DNA of 64,000 nucleotides from Escherichia coli (GTDB taxonomy: Bacteria; Pseudomonadota; Gammaproteobacteria; Enterobacterales; Enterobacteriaceae). Positions 23,301 through 31,723 of the stretch are shown here, piece by piece (positions within the stretch are counted from its first letter, which is position 1; each line of letters starts with the position of its first letter). A program made the position numbers and the translations under genes. The notes below the pieces were generated by a model. The model was given only the letters and a program-made list of their open reading frames with translations. It did not search any database and had not been told where the DNA came from. The stretch lies in the NCBI RefSeq assembly GCF_003018115.1, contig NZ_CP027457.1; one strand, written 5' to 3'.

Positions 23301-23639
23301 CGGCAGCAATTTACGTAGCAGCACTGCCCCGACCACGGCTTCAACAATATTGATGGTCGTCCAGGTCATGTTCAGCGAGCTGGTGGAAAAAAGCAGGATG
23401 GATGCGGCGATATTTCCCAGCGAACAGCTCAGCGCAATTCCCGGCCACATGCGCCCGGCATGGCGATAAAACGCCACCATCATGATGGACGTCGGGAACC
23501 ACAGTGGGGCGAGTTGGGTGCCAAACTGCGAAAGCTCAAGCGAGAAAAGGGTAAAGATAAACGAGACTAAACCTAAACTGACCAGGTGAAGCAGCGGGTG
23601 GGGCAGGGCAATTAATACATGCTGTGATTGTTTGCTCAT
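20322..23639 (-). CDS. dgcE: Diguanylate cyclase DgcE (YegE): MASE1-PAS-GGDEF-EAL
   Basis: 1105 aa; N-terminal polytopic membrane region, PAS repeats, GGDEF (RLGGDEFG) and a C-terminal EAL-like region. Confidence 0.9.
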   Translation of the reverse strand: MSKQSQHVLIALPHPLLHLVSLGLVSFIFTLFSLELSQFGTQLAPLWFPTSIMMVAFYRHAGRMWPGIALSCSLGNIAASILLFSTSSLNMTWTTINIVEAVVGAVLLRKLLPWYNPLQNLADWLRLALGSAIVPPLLGGGLVVLLTAGDDPLRAFLIWVLSESIGALALVPLGLLFKPHYLLRHRNPRLLFESLLTLAITLTLSWLSMLYLPWPFTFIIVLLMWSAVRLPRMEAFLIFLTTVMMVSLMMAADPSLLATPRTYLMSHMPWLPFLLILLPANIMTMVMYAFRAERKHISESETRFRNAMEYSAIGMALVGTEGQWLQTNKALCQFLGYSQEELRGLTFQQLTWPEDLNKDLQQVEKLISGEINTYSMEKRYYNRNGDVVWALLAVSLVRHTDGTPLYFIAQIEDINELKRTEQVNQQLMERITLANEAGGIGIWEWELKPNIFSWDKRMFELYEIPPHIKPNWQVWYECVLPEDRQHAEKVIRDSLQSRSPFKLEFRITVKDGIRHIRALANRVLNKEGEVERLLGINMDMTEVKQLNEALFQEKERLHITLDSIGEAVVCIDMAMKITFMNPVAEKMSGWTQEEALGVPLLTVLHITFGDNGPLMENIYSADTSRSAIEQDVVLHCRSGGSYDVHYSITPLSTLDGSNIGSVLVIQDVTESRKMLRQLSYSASHDALTHLANRASFEKQLRMLLQTVNSTHQRHALVFIDLDRFKAVNDSAGHAAGDALLRELASLMLSMLRSSDVLARLGGDEFGLLLPDCNIESARFIATRIISAVNDYHFIWEGRVHRVGASAGITLIDDNNHQAAEVMSQADIACYASKNGGRGRVTVYEPQQAAAHSERAAMSLDEQWRMIKENQLMMMAHGVASPRIPEARNLWLISLKLWSCEGEIIDEQKFRRSFSDPALSHALDRRVFHEFFQLAAKAVASKGISIALPLSVAGLSSATLVNDLLEQLENSPLPPRLLHLIIPAEAILDHAESVQKLRLAGCRIVLSQVGRDLQIFNSLKANMADYLLLDGELCANVQGNLMDEMLITIIQGHAQRLGMKTIAGPVVLPLVMDTLSGIGVDLIYGDVIADAQPLDLLVNSSYFAIN

Positions 23640-23956
23640 TACCGCTTTATCCGCAAGACCAGGTCGCCAGTATTCGTTTCTGTGTTTATGCTAGTACAAA
23701 AGTTTTACATTTTATATGCGAATTGCTCATAAAGTGACGTAAAGGCGGATAATTTGCGCAACTGCGTATAACATTTTTTACCTTACATAAAACTGATCAA
23801 CGTAATTTGCCACCGGGAATTCTTTGTCAACAATTAACTCTGAGCGCGCGGCAACGCTATTCGACTGGTATCAGACGGATGAAATCCCTATAATTGCCGC
23901 GTTTGGCGCTTCGTCGCCCCCTTCCTAACATCCAGGTTAATCAGGTCGCTAAATAT

Positions 23957-24598
23957 ATGACTGATCAGTCTCATCAGTGCGTCATTATCGGTATCGCTGG
24001 CGCATCGGCTTCCGGCAAGAGTCTTATTGCCAGTACCCTTTATCGTGAATTACGTGAGCAAGTCGGTGATGAACACATCGGCGTAATTCCCGAAGACTGC
24101 TATTACAAAGATCAAAGCCATCTGTCGATGGAAGAACGCGTTAAGACCAACTACGACCATCCCAGCGCGATGGATCACAGCCTGTTGCTTGAGCATTTAC
24201 AAGCGTTGAAACGCGGCTCGGCAATTGACCTGCCGGTTTACAGCTATGTTGAACATACGCGTATGAAAGAAACGGTGACGGTTGAGCCGAAGAAGGTCAT
24301 CATTCTCGAAGGCATTTTGTTGCTGACGGATGCGCGTTTGCGTGACGAACTTAACTTCTCCATTTTCGTTGATACCCCGCTGGATATCTGCCTGATGCGC
24401 CGCATCAAGCGTGACGTTAACGAGCGTGGGCGTTCAATGGATTCCGTGATGGCGCAATATCAAAAAACCGTGCGCCCGATGTTCCTGCAATTCATTGAGC
24501 CTTCTAAACAATATGCGGACATTATCGTGCCGCGCGGCGGGAAAAACCGCATCGCGATCGATATATTGAAAGCGAAAATAAGTCAGTTCTTTGAATAA
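23957..24598 (+). CDS. udk: Uridine kinase
   Basis: Start set at [22 protein letters not shown] (P-loop) inside track ORF 23894..24598. Confidence 0.9.
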
Positions 24599-24689
24599 GC
24601 TTGATAAATTGTGTACCGTTCAGTGATAACCTGGTATGCCCTTGACGTAATTGGCGTTAAGGGAGTGATGCGCGAAAGGAGAAAATGCC

Positions 24690-25271
24690 ATGCGTCTGTG
24701 TGACCGAGATATTGAAGCCTGGCTTGATGAAGGCCGTTTGTCGATCAACCCACGTCCGCCAGTGGAGCGTATTAACGGCGCGACGGTGGATGTACGCCTG
24801 GGCAATAAATTTCGTACCTTCCGTGGTCACACGGCAGCGTTTATCGATCTGAGCGGTCCCAAAGATGAAGTGAGCGCCGCGCTTGACCGCGTGATGAGCG
24901 ATGAGATCGTTCTCGACGAGGGCGAGGCGTTCTATCTTCACCCAGGAGAGCTGGCGCTGGCGGTGACGCTGGAGTCGGTGACGCTGCCAGCCGATCTGGT
25001 GGGCTGGCTGGACGGGCGTTCCTCTTTGGCGCGTCTGGGGCTGATGGTGCACGTCACCGCGCACCGTATCGATCCGGGCTGGTCTGGTTGCATTGTGCTG
25101 GAGTTCTACAACTCCGGTAAGCTGCCGCTGGCGCTGCGTCCGGGCATGTTAATTGGTGCGCTGAGCTTTGAGCCGCTTTCCGGCCCGGCGGCGCGACCTT
25201 ACAACCGCCGTGAAGATGCGAAATATCGCAACCAGCAGGGCGCGGTAGCCAGCCGAATCGATAAAGACTAA
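24690..25271 (+). CDS. dcd: dCTP deaminase
   Basis: 193 aa; [21 protein letters not shown]... matches Dcd. Confidence 0.95.
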
Positions 25272-25292
25272 TTCAGGCCCATTGAGGATACC

Positions 25293-27146
25293 ATGAGACG
25301 ATTTCTGACGACGCTGATGATACTCCTGGTCGTGCTGGTGGCCGGGTTATCTGCGTTAGTGTTGCTGGTGAATCCGAATGATTTCCGCGACTATATGGTC
25401 AAGCAAGTTGCTGCACGTAGCGGTTATCAATTGCAGCTCGACGGGCCACTGCGTTGGCACGTCTGGCCGCAGCTTAGTATCCTCTCCGGGCGAATGTCTC
25501 TCACCGCCCAGGGCGCAAGCCAGCCACTGGTTCGCGCCGACAACATGCGTCTGGACGTGGCGCTTTTACCACTACTGAGTCATCAACTGAGCGTTAAGCA
25601 GGTGATGCTAAAAGGGGCAGTGATTCAACTGACGCCGCAGACGGAAGCGGTGCGCAGTGAAGACGCTCCGGTTGCACCGCGCGACAATACCTTGCCGGAT
25701 CTGTCAGACGATCGCGGATGGTCGTTTGATATATCCAGTCTTAAGGTGGCGGACAGCGTGCTGGTGTTCCAGCATGAAGATGACGAGCAGGTGACAATCC
25801 GCAATATTCGCCTGCAAATGGAACAAGATCCCCAACATCGTGGTTCATTTGAGTTCTCCGGGCGGGTTAATCGCGATCAGCGCGATCTCACGATATCCCT
25901 TAACGGTACGGTAGATGCTTCTGATTATCCGCATGATTTAACGGCGGCTATTGAACAAATTAACTGGCAGTTGCAGGGTGCAGATTTACCAAAACAAGGT
26001 ATTCAGGGGCAGGGGAGTTTCCAGGCCCAGTGGCAGGAGTCACATAAACGCCTTTCATTTAACCAAATCAGCTTGACCGCCAATGACAGCACGCTGAGCG
26101 GGCAAGCACAGGTCACGCTGACAGAGAAACCTGAATGGCAGCTGAGACTGCAATTCCCGCAACTGAATCTTGACAACCTCATCCCGCTTAATGAAACAGC
26201 GAATGGTGAAAACGGTGCCGCGCAGCAGGGGCAGAGCCAATCAACATTGCCGCGCCCGGTCATTTCTTCGCGTATTGATGAACCGGCATATCAGGGACTG
26301 CAAGGCTTTACGGCTGATATTTTGTTGCAGGCCAGTAACGTGCGCTGGCGCGGAATGAATTTTACAGATGTTGCCACGCAAATGACCAACAAGTCGGGTT
26401 TGCTGGAAATTACTCAACTGCAGGGCAAGCTTAACGGTGGACAGGTTTCACTGCCGGGCACGCTGGACGCGACATCAATAAATCCGCGGATAAACTTCCA
26501 GCCACGGCTGGAAAACGTTGAGATTGGTACCATTCTGAAGGCGTTTAACTATCCGATTTCGTTGACCGGAAAAATGTCACTGGCTGGTGATTTCTCCGGT
26601 GCTGACATAGATGCCGACGCATTCCGCCACAACTGGCAAGGACAGGCACATGTCGAAATGACCGACACGCGCATGGAAGGGATGAACTTCCAGCAGATGA
26701 TTCAGCAAGCGGTAGAACGTAATGGTGGTGATGTGAAGGCCGCTGAAAACTTCGATAACGTAACGCGTCTTGACCGCTTTACCACCGATTTGACGTTGAA
26801 GGATGGCGTCGTGACGTTAAACGACATGCAAGGTCAATCGCCTGTGCTGGCGCTGACAGGGGAAGGCATGTTGAATCTGGCAGATCAAACCTGCGACACC
26901 CAGTTTGATATTCGGGTCGTGGGTGGCTGGAACGGGGAAAGCAAACTGATTGATTTCCTCAAAGAAACGCCAGTACCGCTGCGGGTTTATGGCAACTGGC
27001 AGCAACTCAATTACAGTCTGCAAGTGGATCAGTTACTGCGCAAACATCTACAGGACGAAGCGAAACGTCGCCTGAATGACTGGGCCGAGCGGAATAAAGA
27101 TTCCCGCAATGGCAAAGATGTGAAGAAGTTGCTGGAGAAGATGTAG
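25293..27146 (+). CDS. asmA: Outer-membrane assembly protein AsmA
   Basis: 617 aa with N-terminal signal anchor; position after dcd. Confidence 0.9.
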   Translation: MRRFLTTLMILLVVLVAGLSALVLLVNPNDFRDYMVKQVAARSGYQLQLDGPLRWHVWPQLSILSGRMSLTAQGASQPLVRADNMRLDVALLPLLSHQLSVKQVMLKGAVIQLTPQTEAVRSEDAPVAPRDNTLPDLSDDRGWSFDISSLKVADSVLVFQHEDDEQVTIRNIRLQMEQDPQHRGSFEFSGRVNRDQRDLTISLNGTVDASDYPHDLTAAIEQINWQLQGADLPKQGIQGQGSFQAQWQESHKRLSFNQISLTANDSTLSGQAQVTLTEKPEWQLRLQFPQLNLDNLIPLNETANGENGAAQQGQSQSTLPRPVISSRIDEPAYQGLQGFTADILLQASNVRWRGMNFTDVATQMTNKSGLLEITQLQGKLNGGQVSLPGTLDATSINPRINFQPRLENVEIGTILKAFNYPISLTGKMSLAGDFSGADIDADAFRHNWQGQAHVEMTDTRMEGMNFQQMIQQAVERNGGDVKAAENFDNVTRLDRFTTDLTLKDGVVTLNDMQGQSPVLALTGEGMLNLADQTCDTQFDIRVVGGWNGESKLIDFLKETPVPLRVYGNWQQLNYSLQVDQLLRKHLQDEAKRRLNDWAERNKDSRNGKDVKKLLEKM

Positions 27147-27156
27147 GACAAGTTAT

Positions 27157-27194
27157 GCAGATGGCGGCGTCAATTTGTCGCCATCTGTATTTAT
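27157..27194 (+). terminator. Rho-independent terminator after asmA
   Basis: Stem gcagatggcg / cgccatctg (27157-27187) followed by TATTTAT. Confidence 0.55.
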
Positions 27195-27198
27195 AGCA

Positions 27199-27489
27199 CT
27201 AAGCAGCATGTGGATATTGAATTTCAATACGTTGAATATGTAGTCCTGCATGAGCCATCATGGTGATCAATTTATCGATACTAAAGATCTGGATCTTACC
27301 TCTGGCAAGTTCAGATATGCGAGGTTGAGTGACCCCTAAAGCAGAAGCTGCCTGAGCCTGGCTAAACCCTTGTTGTTCAATCCAGTTATTAATGATCGTT
27401 ACAAGCTCGGCACGGATCCGCATATTTTCCGCTTGTTCAGGGGTGTCACTCACCGCATCCCACACACTATCAAAGGTTTCAATTTTCAT
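27199..27489 (-). CDS. HigA-like HTH (XRE-family) antitoxin
   Basis: About 96 aa; HTH segment FSQAQAASALGVTQPRISELARGK; located downstream of and overlapping the toxin gene (toxin-first order typical of HigBA). Confidence 0.65.
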   Translation of the reverse strand: MKIETFDSVWDAVSDTPEQAENMRIRAELVTIINNWIEQQGFSQAQAASALGVTQPRISELARGKIQIFSIDKLITMMAHAGLHIQRIEIQYPHAA

Positions 27490-27817
27490 TTTTCCGCTCC
27501 TGAACAAGTTCTTTATAGCGTCGTTTGGCTAAATCAATATCCGATTGACTGGTAGTCTGTGTTTTCTTTTGAAAACAATGCAATACGTAAACCGCTTCTT
27601 CAAATTTTGCGACATACATGACGCGATAGATCCCATCAGCATCGCGAGTACGAATCTCTCGCACACCAGGGCCGATAGTTGAAAAAGATTTCCAGTCGTA
27701 TGGGTTTAACCCTTGTTGGATCCTGTCGAGTTGATAGCCAATTTCCTGTCGAGACGATTCTGGAAATGCGCGTAAATCGTCAAGACTGGTATCAAGAAAA
27801 GCCAGCTTTTTTCTCAT
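27479..27817 (-). CDS. HigB-like (RelE/ParE superfamily, phage Gp49-like) toxin
   Basis: 112 aa; GVREIRTRDADGIYRVMYVAKFEEAVYVLHCFQKKTQ fits the Gp49/HigB-type toxin pattern; minus-strand TATAAT (complement of 27834-27839) and AAGGA lie just upstream. Confidence 0.65.
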   Translation of the reverse strand: MRKKLAFLDTSLDDLRAFPESSRQEIGYQLDRIQQGLNPYDWKSFSTIGPGVREIRTRDADGIYRVMYVAKFEEAVYVLHCFQKKTQTTSQSDIDLAKRRYKELVQERKNEN

Positions 27818-27856
27818 TACTCCATCCTTAGATTATACTAAATTTTGTATAAATCA

Positions 27857-27884
27857 AATGCGCAGTTTGAACCTGCGCATTTGA
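27857..27884 (-). terminator. Perfect palindrome downstream of yegH (terminator and/or operator of the HigBA-like promoter)
   Basis: caaatgcgcag ... ctgcgcatttg followed on the minus strand by ATTTATACAAAATTT; sits between the yegH stop and the putative higB -10. Confidence 0.45.
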
Positions 27885-27891
27885 TGTTTTA

Positions 27892-29474
27892 TCACACCTC
27901 GTACTCCATCTCGCCATCCTTACGTAGCGGAATAATCTGCACCTTCTGCACGCGATGGCTTTCCACCTGCAACGTTTTAAGCAGATAATCCCCCACCTGA
28001 ACTTCTTCGCCAGGTTTTGGAATACGCTGTAAATATTCCATCAACAGCCCGGCAATGGTGTGATATTCACGTTTTTCATCCAGCGGCAGCGGCACATATT
28101 GCACCAGATCCTCCAGCGGCATATGACCATTCGCCGTCCAGGAACCGTCCGCATTCTTCTGAATATCATGGCGGGCGTCGATCTCTTCCACTTCGTTCGG
28201 TAAGTTACCGGCAATGGTTTCAGTGACGTCACTTAATGTCACAATCCCTTCCACCGAGCCAAACTCATCCACCACAAAAGCAAAGTGCGTGCGGGCATTA
28301 CGGAACTGCTCCAGGGCAGGTAACAACGGCAAGGTTTCCGGGAACACCAGCGGCTGGCGAATCAACACCCGCAGGTTGAGCGGTTCGCCACGCAGTGACT
28401 GTTGTAGCAGGTCGATAACGTGAACAACACCGAGCAAATCTTCTGCGTCATCACCGTCGGTAACCACCAGCCGCGTATGCTGATTTCGCTCCAGCAACTG
28501 GCGGATCTCGTCTTCCGGCGCGTTGAGATCGATATGCTCAATATCGTGGCGCGACGTCATAATGCTGCTGACAGTACGCTGGTTAAGATTAAGTACCCGC
28601 TCAATCATCCGCCGTTCCTGCGGATTAAAGATCTGCTGGTTACCATGATCCACCAGCATGGACGCGGTTTCGGCGTCCAGTTCCGCATCTTCTTTTTGCC
28701 CGCTAAGCAGGCGCATTACCGCTTCGGTAGTCCGCTGGCGTAGCGTCTGGTTAGCGGAAAGAAAACGTCGCCGGTTAAAGATAGCCAACTGATTGAGCGC
28801 CTCGATCATCACCGAGAAACCAATGGCAGCGTACAGGTAGCCTTTCGGAATGACGAAGCCGAAACCTTCTGCCACCAGGCTAAAGCCAATCATCAACAGG
28901 AAGCTTAAGCAGAGAATAACGATGGTCGGGTGACTGTTAACAAATTGCGTTAACGGCTTGCTGGCCATCAACATCAGGCTGATAGCGATAACCACGGCGG
29001 CCATCATGACCAGTAAATGGTCGACCATCCCGACGGCGGTAATCACTGAGTCGAGTGAGAAGATGGCGTCCAGTACCACAATTTGTGTCACCACCCCCAG
29101 AACTTCGCACCTTTGCGTTGTGTGGGATTATTGCTGTCTTTCCCTTCCAGCCGTTCGTTCAGCTCCATCGTGGCTTTGAACAACAGGAAGAAACCACCAA
29201 ACAGCATGATTAAGTCGCGGGCGCTAAAGGTAAACGAGCGGAAGCTGAACAGCGGTTGCGTCAGGGTGACCAGCCAGGAGATTGACGCCAGCAGTAACAG
29301 GCGCATTAACATCGCCAGCAGCAGCCCGGTAACCCGTGCGCGGTCGCGCTGCTTCGGCGGTAGTTTTTCGGCGAGGATGGCAATAAAGACCAGGTTATCA
29401 ATGCCGAGGACCAGTTCGATCACAATCAGCGTGATTAACCCGGCCCAGATAGACGGATCGGCAATCCATTCCAT
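27892..29474 (-). pseudogene. yegH: yegH (TerC-family membrane protein with CBS/CorC domains), reading frame interrupted near 29088-29096
   Basis: Two adjacent track ORFs (29088..29540 N-terminal TerC part; 27892..29094 C-terminal part, GTG start) together cover one protein remembered as about 527 aa; frames differ by one nucleotide at ...AKFWGW* / (M)VTQIVVLD. Confidence 0.7.
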
Positions 29475-29635
29475 AGTAAGTACAAAACCTATTCGTTGTA
29501 TGACAAATGTCACAATTCGATCATGGATAAATCGGGGCAAAAATGCAATGTTGCAGCACTATTTATCTCATATTATTTGAGGGTAATAACCTCACATTAT
29601 CCCTGAATTAAAAGTGGTAATAATAAAACATTATT

Positions 29636-29649
29636 TAAGAAATATCGCA
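29636..29649 (+). promoter_or_regulatory. Candidate RcsAB box upstream of the colanic acid operon
   Basis: TAAGAAATATCGCA resembles the RcsAB box consensus TaAGaatatTCctA; about 480 nt upstream of wza. Confidence 0.35.
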
Positions 29650-29915
29650 TGTGGAGGCGCAATATTAAATATTGTCAACCTAAAGAAACTCCTAAAAACC
29701 ATATTGAATGACACTTAATATAATTCTTAAAAATAGCCAATTGCCGAATTGTTACCTTGCCTGCTATTCCGTTAGCTGTAACACTTCCTCCTGCATTATT
29801 GGAGAGCCAATATTCAATTACCATAATGTCACCTTATATTCGGAAGTTAATTTCCGCAATAACCCTTTCTCATCAACGATTGTATGCAGAGAGGGTTTGA
29901 AAAATTAAGCTAAAT

Positions 29916-29954
29916 CAGTGTATTGGTAGCTAAAAAGCCAGGGGCGGTAGCGTG
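29916..29954 (+). promoter_or_regulatory. JUMPstart element with ops site (GGCGGTAGCGTG) in the wza leader
   Basis: cagtgtattggtagctaaaaagccaggggcGGCGGTAGCGTG matches the 39-bp JUMPstart/ops motif used by RfaH. Confidence 0.8.
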
Positions 29955-30132
29955 TCTGGATGCCTGAAAGACCAGTCTGAATTATTCTGTCAATAGCCTG
30001 CGGATGAAATCAATTTTTTTAGGACTGATGCCAGTTAAATTTGTATTCAATTAACTGCAAGGTAAATGTGCATGGCGACATTGCTATTAATAGTGCACAG
30101 GATAATTACTCTGCCAAAGTGATAAATAAACA

Positions 30133-31272
30133 ATGATGAAATCCAAAATGAAATTGATGCCATTATTGGTGTCAGTAACCTTGATAAGCGGTTGCACAGT
30201 ACTTCCGGGCAGCAATATGTCGACGATGGGCAAAGACGTCATCAAACAGCAGGACGCTGATTTCGATCTCGACAAAATGGTGAATGTTTATCCGTTGACC
30301 CCGCGCCTGATTGATCAATTACGTCCACGACCCAACGTAGCGCGCCCCAATATGACGCTGGAAAGTGAGATCGCGAATTACCAGTATCGCGTCGGGCCGG
30401 GGGACGTTCTGAATGTCACCGTCTGGGATCACCCGGAACTCACCACGCCAGCCGGTCAGTACCGCAGCTCCAGTGACACCGGCAACTGGGTACAGCCTGA
30501 CGGCACTATGTTTTACCCGTATATCGGCAAGGTTCACGTAGTCGGGAAAACGCTCGCTGAAATCCGCAGTGATATTACCGGGCGCTTAGCGACGTACATC
30601 GCTGACCCGCAGGTGGACGTTAATATCGCCGCCTTCCGCTCACAAAAGGCCTATATCTCCGGACAGGTGAATAAATCCGGTCAACAGGCGATCACCAACG
30701 TACCACTGACCATTCTCGACGCCATCAACGCCGCAGGTGGCCTGACCGACACCGCTGACTGGCGCAACGTGGTGCTAACACACAATGGTCGTGAAGAACG
30801 CATTTCTTTGCAGGCGCTGATGCAAAACGGCGACCTCAATCAGAACCGACTGCTTTATCCCGGCGATATTCTCTACGTGCCGCGTAATGATGATCTGAAA
30901 GTGTTTGTGATGGGTGAAGTGAAGAAACAGAGCACCCTGAAAATGGACTTTAGCGGCATGACCCTGACTGAAGCCCTGGGCAATGCCGAAGGTATCGACA
31001 TGACCACCTCCAACGCCAGCGGCATCTTTGTCATTCGTCCGCTGAAAGGCGAGGGCGGGCGTAATGGCAAGATTGCCAATATCTACCAGCTGGATATGTC
31101 CGATGCGACGTCGCTGGTGATGGCGACAGAATTCCGCCTGCAACCTTATGACGTGGTGTATGTCACCACCGCCCCGGTTTCCCGCTGGAACCGTCTGATC
31201 AATCAGTTGCTGCCAACTATTAGCGGTGTCCGTTACATGACGGATACAGCCAGCGACATTCATAACTGGTAA
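30133..31272 (+). CDS. wza: Outer-membrane polysaccharide export lipoprotein Wza
   Basis: 379 aa, lipoprotein signal (LISGC); matches Wza. Confidence 0.95.
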   Translation: MMKSKMKLMPLLVSVTLISGCTVLPGSNMSTMGKDVIKQQDADFDLDKMVNVYPLTPRLIDQLRPRPNVARPNMTLESEIANYQYRVGPGDVLNVTVWDHPELTTPAGQYRSSSDTGNWVQPDGTMFYPYIGKVHVVGKTLAEIRSDITGRLATYIADPQVDVNIAAFRSQKAYISGQVNKSGQQAITNVPLTILDAINAAGGLTDTADWRNVVLTHNGREERISLQALMQNGDLNQNRLLYPGDILYVPRNDDLKVFVMGEVKKQSTLKMDFSGMTLTEALGNAEGIDMTTSNASGIFVIRPLKGEGGRNGKIANIYQLDMSDATSLVMATEFRLQPYDVVYVTTAPVSRWNRLINQLLPTISGVRYMTDTASDIHNW

Positions 31273-31277
31273 TCGTC

Positions 31278-31721
31278 ATGTTTAACAACATCTTAGTTGT
31301 CTGTGTCGGCAATATTTGCCGTTCCCCGACGGCGGAACGCTTACTGCAACGTTATCACCCGGAGCTGAAAGTGGAGTCCGCTGGACTCGGCGCGCTGGTC
31401 GGTAAGGGCGCTGATCCTACCGCTATCAGCGTCGCCGCAGAACATCAACTGTCTCTGGAAGGTCACTGTGCACGGCAAATCAGCCGCCGCCTGTGTCGCA
31501 ACTATGACCTGATTTTGACCATGGAAAAGCGCCATATCGAACGCTTATGCGAGATGGCACCTGAGATGCGCGGCAAAGTGATGCTGTTTGGTCACTGGGA
31601 TAACGAATGTGAAATCCCCGATCCGTATCGCAAAAGCCGGGAAACGTTTGCAGCGGTGTACACATTACTTGAACGGTCTGCCCGCCAGTGGGCGCAGGCA
31701 TTGAACGCAGAGCAGGTATAA
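31278..31721 (+). CDS. wzb: Low-molecular-weight protein-tyrosine phosphatase Wzb
   Basis: 147 aa; CVGNICRSP active-site motif. Confidence 0.95.
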   Translation: MFNNILVVCVGNICRSPTAERLLQRYHPELKVESAGLGALVGKGADPTAISVAAEHQLSLEGHCARQISRRLCRNYDLILTMEKRHIERLCEMAPEMRGKVMLFGHWDNECEIPDPYRKSRETFAAVYTLLERSARQWAQALNAEQV

Positions 31722-31723
31722 GA

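Noticed and set aside
23640-23956. Divergent dgcE/udk intergenic region with a TATAAT at 23889-23894
   Set aside because: Probably the udk promoter -10, but no convincing -35 at proper spacing and no recognisable regulator box, so not reported as a feature.
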